Shown: piece after piece, positions 26,056 to 40,044 of the stretch | Layout of the letters: each line of letters opens with the position of its first letter | Numbering within the stretch: position 1 is the stretch's first letter | Source: Octopus vulgaris | Taxonomy: Eukaryota | Direction of reading: 5' to 3' | Assembly (NCBI GenBank): GCA_951406725.2 | Contig: OX597819.1 | Span: 89,032,001 to 89,096,000, forward strand | DNA: 64,000 nucleotides | Translations under genes and position numbers: made by a program | Notes under the pieces: generated by a model | Told to the model about the DNA's origin: nothing | The model's input: only the letters and a program-made list of their open reading frames with translations | Databases searched by the model: none

Positions 26056-27772
26056 ATATATATATACACACACACATGTATATATACATATATATATATA
26101 CATACATATCTTTATATATATATATATATACACACATGTATATATACATATATATACACACATGTGTATATATATATACACATGCACACACAAGTATATA
26201 TACATATAAGTAGTTATTTAGAGCCTGGGCATTTAGCTGGTAGCATGTTGATTAAAGCAGTTTCACTGTCTATAGTTACCTGATGTCATCTACAGTATTG
26301 ATATAAATGCTACTGGATCTACCTCAGGAATTCCAGTGTTCCTCTGACCATGAAGAAATATTACTCTGCTTTGAAAGAAGCAAGGATTGGCTAAAGGAAG
26401 GGCATGCATCCATAAAAAATTTGCCTTGATGAACTTTAATTTGACCCATGCAAATATGGAAAAGTTATGATGGCAGGGGTGAAGATGACGATGACGATGA
26501 CAATGATGGTTGGGTATGATCTGAGGGAGATTTGACCAGCGTTGCAAGTTGCACAAGCTCTTTCATTACTTCATTACATAAGGTCTTGAGATGCATGTTG
26601 CTTTTAATATGAAACAAGGTTTGATTCTTGTAGATGGAAAAAAAAAAAAAAAAAGAGATTTGACTCGATCCCAAAATTCTATGGGTTTTTATTTTGAGAA
26701 CTTTTACAGGTATAGATATAGTTGCACGGTTAAGTTCACTGCCCAACCAAACAGTCCCAAGCTCGGTTCCACCAAACAGTACCAAAGACAAATGTCATAT
26801 ACCAAAATCCCAAGTTTACCAATACCTTGTGAATGGAATATTATACAGAGAAACAATGTGAAAGTTCATCAAATACATACATGTATGTATATCTTTTGTC
26901 AGTGTATATTAGCAAAGGATATAAACACTGATAAGGAAACTGAAAAGCCACTGCTTTATTAATGAAGGCCCTTGTGATATTTGTTCCACTCCTAGTTACA
27001 AACACTCCCCTGTCATTAGAAATACAGAGTGAACTAGCAATTTGGACCATTGGCAGCCAGCCAGTATTCCATAATGTTATTGTTCACAAAATGCGATATA
27101 TATATATAAAAAAAATAATAATAATAAATAACCCTAGAGAGATGAAAGGCAGAGTCAACTCATGTAGGAAAGGAACTTGGAACAAAGCGTTACCGAACTA
27201 AACATCATAAAGTATCCTGTATTGCCGCCTTATTGAATATGTCCTTTCCTCATATTTTATGTGTGTAGTATATTGTGTGTGTGTGTGTGTGTGAGCATGT
27301 GGGTGTTAAAGGGGTTTCTCGTCTATGAATATTCATATAGTAATAATGATAGTTGGACACTTTGTACTTGGCTTGCCTTGCTTATAGGATGTGTCTTTCA
27401 CTGAAAGTTCTTTGATTTCATCATAATAGTGTGAATATTTAAATATTGGTGAGTGAAAAGCAATAAGGGTGAAACAGTAGCTATAAATGGTCTCATGTCA
27501 AAACGAATATACTATATATACACAAGTTAGCGTGCGGTTAATAATAATAATAATAATAACAATAATAATGGAAATAAAAGGATCCTTCCTAGTAAGTTAA
27601 AAGCTTATCTCCCAAACACAGAGTATCTAACGACAACGATGTCCTTTAGCAGAGAGAGGGTTGCAGATATAATGGAAAAGTATCACATTAGATGGTGGGG
27701 TTTAGTTGATGGAATTCAACAGCTTATGCTTCAACACATACACACACATACTATACATGTGTGTGTGTACGT

Positions 27773-28092
27773 ACAGGCATGGCTGTGTGGTTAAGAAGCT
27801 CATTTTGCAACCAGGTGGTTTTGGGTTCAGTCCCACTGCATGGAACTTTGGGTAGTTGTTTTTCTATTGTAGCCCTAGGCCAACCAATGCCTTGTGAGTG
27901 AATTTGATATGTGTGCGTGTGAGTGAGAGTGTGTGTGTGTGTGTGTGTGCGTGTGTCTTTATCCCCTACTATCACTTTATGCTTTCATAACTTTAACAAA
28001 AAGATACCAGGAAAATAAGAGTTGTTGATTCATCAACTTAAAGCCCTTCAAGGCAGTGTCCCAGCATGGCCACAGTCCAATGACTAAAACAA

Positions 28093-28095
<3 letters not shown>
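27773..28095 (+). mobile_element. SINE family A (deleted)
   Basis: family motifs. Confidence 0.75.
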
Positions 28096-28134
<39 letters not shown>

Positions 28135-28139
28135 GGGGG

Positions 28140-28295
28140 GGGGAGAATTCACGAAAAAACAAAAGATGAAGACAGGTGGTGTAGAAAAGAAACAGATGTA
28201 TTAGTATAACGCTCAGGAATTGAGAAAGTCTTCTATGTTTTGGGCCTACGCTCTTCCACAGAAAGGAACACAGAAAGAAACAAGGAGAGAAAAAA
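28140..28295 (-). mobile_element. Penelope-like remnant with degenerate hammerhead-like motif
   Basis: minus CTGTGGAAGAGCGTAGGCCCAAAACATAG; sister copy 48265-48410(+) CTGTCGAAGAGCATAGGCTCGAAATGTA. Confidence 0.45.
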
Positions 28296-31200
28296 TATAT
28301 ATATAAAAAATATAAAAGAAGTTATCAATTGCAATTTGTTGTTAAAGAAATAAACCATAGAAAGTAGTTACTTCAGATCTGAACAAACCTAAATTTGTTA
28401 TACTTCACAAGGGAAATGGATACACAACACCAAAATACACCAAGAAAAGCTATTCTTAAGATCCATCTAATGCATATCAGCATGAGATATCGAAACAATG
28501 GTGGTTATAATGAGGTATCAAACCACTACTAAGACATAAACAGCAGCAAGCAATCATATTTTCAAAACGTCTCAAACAAACTGTAGATTACAATTCACGG
28601 ATTAAAGCCAGTTTTTTTTCAGAATTAGGAGCGTTGTATAAACGTTTACTTAAACTCCTGATAAATAAATAACTTATTGACTAATATTATTTATTTTTTC
28701 TTTTTATTTCTTATATATTATTTTTTTAATCAAAACACCATCTGTGGTAAAGAACTGCAATAAAATACAAAAGTGGCTCCCTTACTTTCAAATTATTTAT
28801 GTTTTTTTTTGCTTCGTTTGTGTTTTGTTTTTAAGAGGATGAAAAACTCAATCGATAAAACTACCCGACATGACAATCAAAACGGTAGTCAGCCACTAAT
28901 GTTTACAGTATTTAAACCATAATGCCAAGATCAGCCTATGTCAGCAGCATGTTTTCCTGTCACTTGAGGAATAAATTTGAACACAGCTGCTGCATTTTAA
29001 TTACATTTAAAATCTTATCTAATGTACAACTTCCTTACTTTTTGCTGCTACAGAGCTACTTAAGAGAGAGAAATATCAACATCAGACAAGGTGTGGTGGT
29101 AGCTACGGAGTGGTGGTTTGTGGTGCCAGTGATGGAGTGGAAACGGTAAAGAAAAGGTGTTTAAATGTGTGAGATATCAACTCTGATATAAACACAGGCG
29201 CCACGAGAAGGGTGTGCTAAGAGAATTATGACATTCTGGATTAAACGCAAAATAATTTACATGAAGATAAACTAAAATCCAACTATAAATGATTAAAACA
29301 AGCTGGAGGATAATAATAATAATGATAATAACAACAACAATGCCAGTATTAATGGTCTCGCTATTTGCTATATGGGCCTGCTACATGATATACAAATTTA
29401 ATCCAGAGAGGATTACAAAATGCTGGGTATAGATATATATAAATGGGGGTGCAATGCACACACACACACACACACACACAAAAACATACAACAGATGGAA
29501 AATATTAAACAACATAAAATCAAGAACATCCCCAAAGGAGTGAAAACTGTTGTGTCAAGAGGGTCGGGATACCTGAAAGCTCTGCTCACCTTCTGCTCCA
29601 AGAATTCAAGCCCTTTGCTCTCTCTCTCTCTCTCTCTCCCTCCCTCCTATACATAGCAATTTTGCCTCGCACCCACATTTAATTCCATTTGCTGCACTGC
29701 TTCCCCACTTTTCTCTCTACCGTCTCCTTTCACTTCAAGTGATGTTTGAAGCGAAAGAGGGTTTGCTAGAGAGACAAACTTCTGTCCTCAACATTGTCCT
29801 CAAATGCACCCACAATACAATCTCTTTTACCATAACCCCCAGACAAAAAAAAAACAAAAAAACTGCATCCCCCCCATCCCCACCACCATTTATGCATCTG
29901 TTTTTAATCCTTCCTTTTTCTTTCCTTCCTTCAATGCTGGCTATGAGTTACATTATTCTGCAATACTTTTATCTCTACAACTGTGAGCATCTTATGAGAC
30001 TTGAATGGTCTCAGACAAAACCTATAATATACAGGAATAGCCAAGCGATTAAGAAGCTTACTTCACAGTTATGTGGTTCAAGGTTCAATCCATAGCAAGG
30101 CACTTCAGGCAGATGTCGTTTACCAGGGTCTCAGATTGACTAATGCTTTGTGAGTGTAACTTGGTAAACATAAAATGTGCAGGAGCCCCATTGTACATGT
30201 GTGTGTGTGTGTATGTGCACACTCATGTATGTGTGTGTGGATGCAAGTCTATGTGTGAATGTGTGGCAAGAGGTGGAGTATGTACATGAGTTTAAAATCA
30301 TTTAACTGGTGCTGTGTTCCTTTGTCCAGTAACTTAACAGTTCAACAAATAAAGCTGGATAAAATAAATACCAGACAGGAATAAGTACTGGGGTCATTAT
30401 AACTGACTTAAATTCATGAAGGCAGTGCCACAGAACAGCCACTTGCTCAGCCAAGGGTCAGAGAGTGAGTGTGAGTGTGTGTGTGTGTGTGTGCGTGCTT
30501 CAACATGTTTTCTTGGACAAGTCTAATTTGGGAAAGCATTTAAAGAGCACATCATAAGTATAATTCCTGACCTCTGTTTTGATACTATCATACTCTGTCA
30601 GACCATTAAAACACATCTTTAGAGATGAAACAATTTTTTAATATTAGATGTAAATAATGTAAAATTGATGTAAATATAAATGAAAGTGTTTCATCTCTGT
30701 AGATGACAAATTATGATTGTTTTTTTTTTCTTTTTTTTTTTAAATAACATCTCCTTCAGACCATTTTATGTTTTTGTCTTCACAGTAACTTCTCAGACAA
30801 ATCCTTTCAATATAGCAGAATCTCAATAATCTAAGATTTGTATCTACTTCAAGCCTATGTATATGGATAAGATTTACAAAATGATAAGACCAACACAGAT
30901 ACAAAATTACAATTGAAGAATGTTAGTTAGTTCTGACTGATCAGAACAGAAATAACATAGGAAAATATAAATTACAGGTGTGGCTGTGTGATTAAGAAGC
31001 TTGCTTCCCAACTGTGTAGTCTTCAGTTCAGTTCAGTTCCACTGTTCAGCACCCTGCACAAGTTTCTTCTACTATATCCTCAGACTGAGCAAAGTCTGGA
31101 GAGTGTATTTGTAGATGGAAACTGAAAGAAGCCTGTTGTACATGTGTGTGTATACTGTTGTCTTGATACTATGTGATGGTAGCAAAGTAGCATCACCATC

Positions 31201-31871
31201 ATACAAGCAAAGTTTGTTTCCAGTCTTCCATGAAAAACACAGAGAAATATTATCTAACTTGGAAACAGGCAAATGGTGGTGTTACCCCTTCCTACCACCA
31301 CCATGGAAAATATATCTGCCTCCAGAAAATTCTGTGACCCATACAAACATGGAAAAATAGAGATTAAATAACAACAATGATGATGAAAATGTGAAACATG
31401 TATGGCTTGAAAATGCAAATTATATAATTACAGCAAGACAATATTTTCTAAAACTTAACATTCAAAGGAACATAGATGTAGCTAGGTTCCCTTAAAAAAT
31501 TAGGTTCTTGTATCACTGAAATCGATACCCATGGGACCACAAGATATACAGAGGGTAAGTGTTGAAGCTGCATCACAAATTAAAAAGTTTTGTGTTTAAT
31601 CTGAGTGTGAAGATAAGGCATAATATAGAAAAGTATCAGAGACTACGTGTATAAAATTGAGAGTGAATGTAGATAGAAAGTTGAAGTTAATAGTTTAATC
31701 AATGAATATTAATCTACTGGTAATTCCTTCCTGAAATATAAGCAGTAGATATAGAAGACTTTCATTTTGTTACTATTATGGGAAGTATCTCATAAAATAA
31801 ATGGAGTTTAAATATCCTAAATGGTTGAAATGAGATGTTGCTAATGCGATTATAATTTTTCAGGCAATTAA

Positions 31872-31953
31872 CCTCGTCAGCTGCCCAATGGATAAGGATA
31901 CCACTACCCTTAGTTTGAAAACAAATGTTGCTAGTTCAAATCCTGCTTGGGAT
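31872..31953 (+). pseudogene. degenerate tRNA-like sequence (Arg-like D arm)
   Basis: GCCCAATGGATAAGG A-box/D-arm and AGTTCAAATCCTGC B-box/T-arm; anticodon arm and acceptor stem do not fold cleanly. Confidence 0.4.
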
Positions 31954-32456
31954 TATGTTATCTATCTAACTGAGAATACGAGAATTTATGATAAATGGGA
32001 GATTAAACTACTTGAAATATTACATAGCAGATGTTCTGAATGAAAAATATTTCATCTCTGAAATTGAGGTTAATAAACCATTTTAATAGAGTATATATTT
32101 TTATTATATACCACCATCACTAACAACAACACAACTACTCACTACAGCCACTACCAAATGTGTTCAGATATTTATGATAAGAAGTCAATAACAATAACTT
32201 CTCATTTCATTAATTTTAATCAGAATTCCTATAAGATTAGATGAAAAAAAAAAATCAATGATTTCTAGAAAGATAAAATATAACACACACACACACACAC
32301 ACACACACAAGCACATTCTGGATGAGTGGAAGTTGCCACATTATAACTCAAAGCTTTTGATATAGCAATATATAAGCCCTTAGTCAATTTACATGTACTC
32401 CACTCACCTCATTACTGTGGTCACTATGGAGTTAAAAAAATGTACATGAAATTGTG

Positions 32457-32499
<43 letters not shown>

Positions 32500-32724
32500 G
32501 TATATCTGATATCAACTGGGTCACCACTAACAGCCACTAGACTTTATTTCATGTTTTCCCACCTTTTATATTATCTTAAAATTTCTTCCAAACAACCGTG
32601 TGATACTGGTGTGCTTTACTCAATGAAGCTGATGAGCTAATCAGTGAGCCTAATTGTGGTCCCTTGGACTTGCTTGAAATAACAGCACTAGGTCTTCCTC
32701 AAAAAACTCTCTAATATATTTTTA

Positions 32725-33670
32725 TATCTTTTTACTCATTACAACATGGCACCCACCATCTTGAAGGGGTTAGCTGAACAAATCAACTCCAGGACTTATT
32801 TTTTTGAAGTCAGGTGCTTATTCTATTACTCTCTTTTTGTCAAACTACTAAGTTATGAGGACATAATAAACACAAGTGTCTTCTAATGTAACCTTGGGCC
32901 AACCAAGGTCTTATGAGTGGATTTGGTAGATGGAAACTGAAAGAAGCCCATCATATGTTATGTGCGTATGTATGTGTGTAGATTTATGTGTGCATCGTTG
33001 TGTCTGTGTTTGTCCCCACACCATTGCTTGACAACTGATGATGTGTTTACATCCCAGTAACTTAGCAGACCAATGGAATAAGTCCTAAGTTTACAAAGAA
33101 TAAGTCCTAGGATCGATTTCTTTGACTAAAAACAACTTTTCAAGGCAGTGCTCCAGCATGGCCACACTCAAGTGATTGAAACAAGTAGAAAAGTAAAAGA
33201 ATAACACCAACATAAACCCTTTTTCTTTTTCCCTAAATAAATTAAACAGGTTTGGTTGTATAGGTGCAGGCATAGCTGTGTGGTTAAGAAGCTCAGTTTA
33301 CAAGCACATACTTCCGAGTTCAGTCCCACTGTGCAGCACCTTGAGTGAGTGTTGGGTCAATCCCAGAATGACTAATGCTTTGTGAGTGAATTTTAAATGG
33401 AGTCTGTATGGAAGCCTGTCATATACACAGTTGTGAGTGTGTGCCTTCGTTTTTTTCTTTTTGTTTGTTTGTCTGCCACCAGTGCTTAACAGGTGTTGGT
33501 TTGTTTATATCCTTATAGCTTAGTGGTTTAGTGAAAGGCACCAATAGAATAAATACCAGACTTCAAAAAAACTAAGTACTGGGGTTGATCTTTTGACTAA
33601 GACCCATCAAGGAAGTGCTCCAGCATGGCTGCAGTTCAATGACAGAAAATAAAAAGTAAAGATAAAAGAT
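32725..33670. mobile_element. cluster of three SINE A copies (-,+,+)
   Basis: 32725-32870 tail (-), 32874-33200 (+), 33261-33670 (+). Confidence 0.75.
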
Positions 33671-34692
33671 AGAGCTGTTATATATTTTATGACTTCTTTA
33701 TCATCGTCCTCATCACCACCATCATATAACATCCTTTTCCATGCTAGCATGGACTGGATGGTCTGACAGGAGTTGGCAAGCCAGAGAGGTGCACCAGGCT
33801 CCAGTCATCTGTTTTGATATGGTTTCTATGGCTGGATGCCCTTCTTAATGCCAGCCACTTTACAGAGCGGGTGTTTTTTAAAGGGCAGCAGCACAGATGC
33901 TTTATACATGCAAAAATTAATCTCTCTCCACCACCTTTCATTGGTTTCAGTTATTAGACTGTCACCATACTGGACACTGACTTCTCAATCGACAACAACA
34001 GCAACAACAACTTCTGCACATTACTGTCTCAAGTTTTAGGGCTCAAATGACCAAGTAACTCAGTTTTCGGGTCATATAAGTGAGTGGATTTGGTAGACAG
34101 AAACTGAAAGAAGCCCAGTGTATGTGTGTGTGTGTGTTTGCACATACCCTTGACTTGACATCATTTCATGAATGTAAATGAGTGCCATCGTCATACAAAT
34201 AAGGTTGTTCATTTCCAGTCTTTCACAAAAAGCATGACAGGTAATGGAGAAATATTACCAAGCTACAAAACAGGTGAGTGTTAGCAATAGGAAGAGCATC
34301 CATCCATAGAAAATCTGCATCAACAAATACCATCTGAGCCACAGGAAAATAAATTATGATAATGATGATGATGAAATCTAAGAACAGAATTTCTTCTTGA
34401 ACAAAGAGAAACGAAGATAGTTGAAACAACGGTATAACAGACTAAAAGAAACAGATTTAGTTTCATTCTTCGTTTCTAAGTTCTATTTACACCAGGACTG
34501 TCTTTGCTTTTCATATCTTTGTGGTTGATAAAAAAAAAAGAATTAATAGTTATACATTGGGGTTGATTTAATGTACAATCAATCACCTTCCCCTTTGAAC
34601 AATTGTGCCTTTTGCTTAAGAAATCAATATTGTAACCACATAAAAAAGAAGAAATGAAAGCTCTTACACGAAAAGAAAAGTATTTTGACATA

Positions 34693-34737
<45 letters not shown>

Positions 34738-34811
34738 AACATAAAAATAATACATTTTACCATTACTGTCTTTTCATAAATATTCAGTTAATATTTTTTT
34801 TTCTTTCTTAG

Positions 34812-34840
34812 CATCCAGTTTCCAATTAAGAGCACAACAG
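34812..34840 (+). other. candidate micro-exon
   Basis: long polypyrimidine tract + TAG acceptor; CAG|GTAATT donor; 29 nt. Confidence 0.3.
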
Positions 34841-35437
34841 GTAATTCAGTTAGCAAAGAAGACAGACATTACAGTTAACAATAAAAAGATAAAATTTCAT
34901 AAAAGTATAATAAAAGATATTTTAATTCAAATAAAAGTAAAAGTAATATGGATTCAAGCAATAAATAACGTAGTGGAACCAGTTTAAATTATTTTCTACA
35001 AATTCTGTTAGTATAAATAATTTTTCTTTCTGTTTGACTACGTTTTAAAAGATTCTGAACTTGGTATTTTCATCTTTTATAACAGTAAATTAAAAAAAAA
35101 AAGTCTACATGTACACATTTTCTTACATTTTTCAGAAGTGAAAGTGAATTTTTAAAAGAATGTCTTTATTTCAAACATTAAAAATGAGTGCAGAAATCCT
35201 TTGAACTAGCTGCGCATAATTTGAATTTAATTGAGCAAATGCATCACATCAAAGACATTTGAAATTGAAATAATTGCTCCATGGATTTAGCTTTTGGTAA
35301 AATTCAGTAGATGCAGAGGAAACTTTTTTTTTTAAATTTTATTTTTTCATTGTGGAGGCGTGTAAAAATAAGCATTCATATATTTGTCAATGGTGTATTA
35401 TGGATCCATTACAGCCAATTCAACCTATCAGTTTTTT

Positions 35438-35650
35438 ATTTCTTTATTGCCCACAAGGGGCTAAACATAGAGCGGACAAACAAAGGGATTAAGTCGATTA
35501 CATCGACCCCAGTGCGAAACTGGTACTTAATTTATCGACCCTGAGAGGATGAAAGGCAAAGTCTACCTTGGCGGAATTTGAACTCAGAACGTAACAGCAG
35601 ACGAAATACAGCTAAGCATTTCGTCCAGGTGCTAACATTTCTGCCAGCTC
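35438..35650 (-). mobile_element. SINE family B
   Basis: reverse match to 6015-6247. Confidence 0.85.
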
Positions 35651-36640
35651 TACCTATCAGTTTTTGCTGCAGGCCTGTCATATGTAGTGGTATGCTTCAA
35701 ATATGCACCTGAAAGCAATTAGCAAGGAGTCGGCCTGTTTCTTCAATGTAAAGGGTGCCACAAATTTGCATATGATATAGTTAGGAGAAATAGGTGTCGG
35801 AGAATAGTTAGGAGAAATAGGTGCGAGGAGAAATAGGCATCGGCAGCGGAACAGAGCGCAACTGTCGAAGCCAACGGCCGGAGGCGCTAGGCCCCCGGCC
35901 GACGTGGTTGGCGAGGTAGGAAGGATGAGTGAGAAGAGTTATAGTTATATAGTCAGATGATATGCAACAGAAGTTCTGAATACTATGATATTGTCCTGGG
36001 CCCAGTGATGGTAGTAGTACTGTTAACACAAAGACTGGTGTTGCATCATATATGTACACATTCAAAAGTGCTTGGTTATGTGCGGATGGACGTTGTGGAG
36101 CTTCTTACTGGAAGATTCCTGAGTTTCCATTGATCCATGTTCTCACAAAGACAGATAGCATTTCATAATCAAACATGGCCTCATGTCTCTGACTAGTTTA
36201 ATTGAATGCTTCCCCTTCTGCTCCTACACTGCCTTTTCTTATCTTTCAACTCCCCTCTCACTTCATCTTTTCCCTTCACCTCACTTTCATCTTTTCCTGC
36301 TCCTCCTCATTCCAGTACTCTTTCTTTCTTCTTTCTCACACTGTTTCTCTCGCCACTTTTTGTTCACATTTGACATTCATGTAACTTTGCATTCCTTATC
36401 AGTTGCAGCCATTTTTGTTTTTTTTTAATTTAGAGGTTGTACAACCTCTAAATCTATTTCTCTCCTTTCAATTTTTCTCTGAAAAATGACACTTACTGGA
36501 TTTTCCACTTCTCACAGAAAGTTTGCTGTACTCTTTCTATTAATTTTACCGCATACATATATGTATGTGTGTATGAATAAGGGTACTAGATAGTACCAGT
36601 TTTGCTAGAAATAGGAGTCAAAAGTTGGACATAAAAAGTA

Positions 36641-37366
36641 ACAGATGTGGTGTGCAAGAGAGATAACTGTGCAGGTATCGTCATGTGTTACATATGGATG
36701 AGGACAGCTGCGTGAAAAAATATTACACCCTAACAGTGGAGGGAACCTGTGGAAGAGGTAGACCAAGGAAGACCTGGGATGAGGTAGTGAAGCACGGCCT
36801 TCGAATATTGGATCTCAGGGAAGCAATGATAAGCAACTGAGACCTTTAGAGATATGCTGTGCTTGAGAAGACCCGGCAATCCAAGTGAGATCATAGTCGT
36901 GGCCTAGGCCAGTGTCACATAACCAACCTATTTAAAAGTACCCTTCAATCAATGGGTAATATGCTGTGTTTGAGAAGACCTGTTGAGACAAGTGAAATCA
37001 TTGCCATGGCTGATGCCAGTACCACCTGACTGGCACCTGAGCGTGGTCAATGCCAGTCCAACAGGACTGGCTCCTGTGCTAGTGGTATGTAAAAAGCACC
37101 AATAGGAGCATGGTCGATGCCAGTGCTGCCTGACTGGTCCCGTGCTGGTGGCATGTAAAAAGCATCATTCAAGCATGGTCATTGCCAGTGCCACCTGACT
37201 GGCTCCTGTGCTGGTGGCACATAAAAAGCACCTGTCAAGTGTGGTCAATGCCAGTGCTGTCTGACTGGCTCCTGTGCCAGTGATACATAAAAAGCACCAT
37301 TTGAGTGTGGCCAATGCCAGTGCCACCTGATTGGCCCCCATGCCAGTGGCATATAAAAAGCACCCA
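36641..37366 (+). mobile_element. RTE-clade LINE 3' fragment (ORF C-terminus pseudogene + repeated 3'UTR)
   Basis: decayed RYRHVLHMDEDSCVKK..LTVEGTCGRGRPRKTWDEVVK motif typical of RTE C-termini; ~60-bp tandem modules at 37010-37366. Confidence 0.85.
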
Positions 37367-37923
37367 GTTAATACAAATACATATTCTAAACATGTTGGTA
37401 TTAGAAACTCTGGAAAACAATGGAATAACAAATGGAAAAATTGGAACTGAAATTATTATCGAAAGAATTTCAATTACTTGATCCGTCTAGTTCAGAAGAT
37501 GTAATTTTGAATTTAAACACAAATTCTTTTTCCTTAAAATAAAAAAATATAAAAAATAAATAACCTGAAAACAATCCATGAACAAGTACAAGACAGCTTA
37601 GAAATTTCACGATAGCGTACAACATATCTGAGAAACAACTGCATATATTTGGTTGTTTACATTAGGTTTGGACTTGGATAAAACAGGAAAACTTCTAGAA
37701 CTTTTACACAAAATAGATAGCCACTTTGGAAGAAATAACTTCTGTATTTCTTTAAAATTTGTTAGAAGATACATAGTGAGAGGATTATTAAAAAAAAGAA
37801 ATTCAAACAATTTCTTGATTTTGTTCTCTTTTTTTTGTTAAAATTTCAATGAATCTTCATCCCAAAATTAATTAATTTAATTTCTTTCATTTTTCTTTTT
37901 TTTTTTTTCTTCTTTCTTTGCAG

Positions 37924-37971
37924 ATTTTCTTTGGAAATCAGCCCACAAAAGAGAGACAAGTCACGAGATGG
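37924..37971 (+). other. candidate 48-nt exon
   Basis: very strong polypyrimidine tract + TGCAG acceptor; G|GTAACT donor; open in all three frames. Confidence 0.4.
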
Positions 37972-38913
37972 GTAACTGAAGTATGAATTACAGAAAAACA
38001 TCTATTAAAGATGTTATAAAAACATCGAAATAAATGTATTTAAGATATGCTAGCAATATGAAAAATGATATTAAAGAAAAAAAAAAAGATGGTGATCATG
38101 ATGATGACTAACTATTAACTTAAAAGCATTCAGTAAGGTAACTGTAATAATAAATAAGCAAGAGTCTCAAACATATTGATATATCCCCATACACAGACAC
38201 ATACACACATGTACATATACAACCACATTATCATCATAAGCATCACTATTATCATATCTGTCTATAGGAAACATTGAAAAGCAGTCTGCAAAAGTAATCT
38301 CATGAACTCATAGCTAACATGATAAGCCATAAGTGACGGGGTCCAGAACAGACAGCCTAAAGATAATGCTGAAATTTCAGTTCATGGAACCAACAAAAAA
38401 GTAGTAGTAGTAATAGTAGTAGCAGCAGCAGCAGTAAGAAGACTAACAACAATAATAATAATAAAACAACAATAATAATGATATTAACATTAATAATAAT
38501 AGCAAGTGAACAAAATAAAATAAAAAATAAAGTGGGAGAATTTTATGTACATGGATGATGGAGTAGTCTATACTGTACATCATATTTCTTATCCTCGCTT
38601 CCAGGACCAGTAAATTTAATTATAGCAAAAGTTGGTGCTATTGAAAGAATTCCTGTAATCATTATACAGGTCTCCATTGATCATTTTGTTTCTTTCAGAA
38701 CAATATTGCTACTAGCAAGATACCAAAAAATGAAGGGGAGGGAAAAAAAAAAAAAAAAGAACACAAATAATTCCCCAGTTGCACAAAAGCTTAAACTTAA
38801 AAACTTGTTTTTACTTTCATGTTTGAAATATTGTTGCTATAGTTACACAAATGCTACAAAGGAGCAAGAAATATATAATTTAAAATTTGACCTCGTGGGC
38901 CTTACAATATATA

Positions 38914-38963
<50 letters not shown>

Positions 38964-40044
38964 CATACACTCACACACACACACCATCATCATCATCATC
39001 GTCGTTGTTGTTGTTAACATCCTTTTTTCTATGCTTGCATGGGTTGGACACACACACACACACACACACATATATACATGTGAATGTGAGAGGGAGAGAG
39101 AGAGTATGTATATGTATGTATACATGATGCCTATACTGGTAGATATCTTAGTTTCCTTTGAGTATTATGGAGATATCAGTATCCTTATTTATATATATAT
39201 ATATATACACATACATACATATAATTGTGTATAAATATTTGTACACAGGTGTGTTTATACACATAAACACACATCATCATCACCATCATCATCATCATAG
39301 CTTAAAGTCAGTTTCCCATGCTGGTAGGGGTTGGATGGTTCGACAGGATGACAGGATCCAGCAAACTGCAGGGCTGCACTGAGCACCAGCAGCTTTGGCA
39401 TGGTTTCTACAGCTGGATGCTCTTCCTGACACCAACCACTATACAGTGTCTACTGGCTGCTTTTCCATGCCATGGGCACTAGTGAAATTGCCAGGTAACT
39501 TGCAGGATAGAAGAACAGGAAAAAAAGAACACAACAAAGTGTGTATGTGTGTGTGTGTGTGTGGGGAGTTATGTTTGAGAGGGGGCAGAAGCTTTATGTT
39601 AGGTCTTAAAGGGATAAAGTATAACAGAGGAACAAACACACTACAAGTACATCAATTCACCTTGAAGAAAGTTCATCGTGAGGAAAGGTCACCACAAGGC
39701 AAGTTTACCGAGAAAATATATCCGTAGTATTTCACCATTAAGAGTTAAAAACTATTTTATTGATGACAGTGAACTTTCCCTGCGGTGAATTGATGATGTT
39801 GAACTTACTGGACATGTCACTAGAGGGCTAGAGGAACAGAAAGCTGCACCAGCACTAGGCTGGTATGCATTTTCAGCTAAATACAAAGGACCAACAGGAT
39901 AACATGTGCCCTGTCCAAAAACACATGTACTGCCTGGTCCATGGACTGAACTCAAGACCTTAGCCTAACAACCAAGCCACGATATCACACACATCTATAC
40001 ATACATATATATATATACATACATCAAAAATCAAAATCAAATTC

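Noticed and set aside
28941-28993. TGAACACAGCTG match to the 5' part of miR-317 in a loose hairpin
   Set aside because: Only 12 nt match, and the hairpin has large asymmetric loops
39770-39861. Exon-like segment IDDVELTGHVTRGLEEQKAAPALG
   Set aside because: In-frame TGA just upstream, weak acceptor, no recognisable homology
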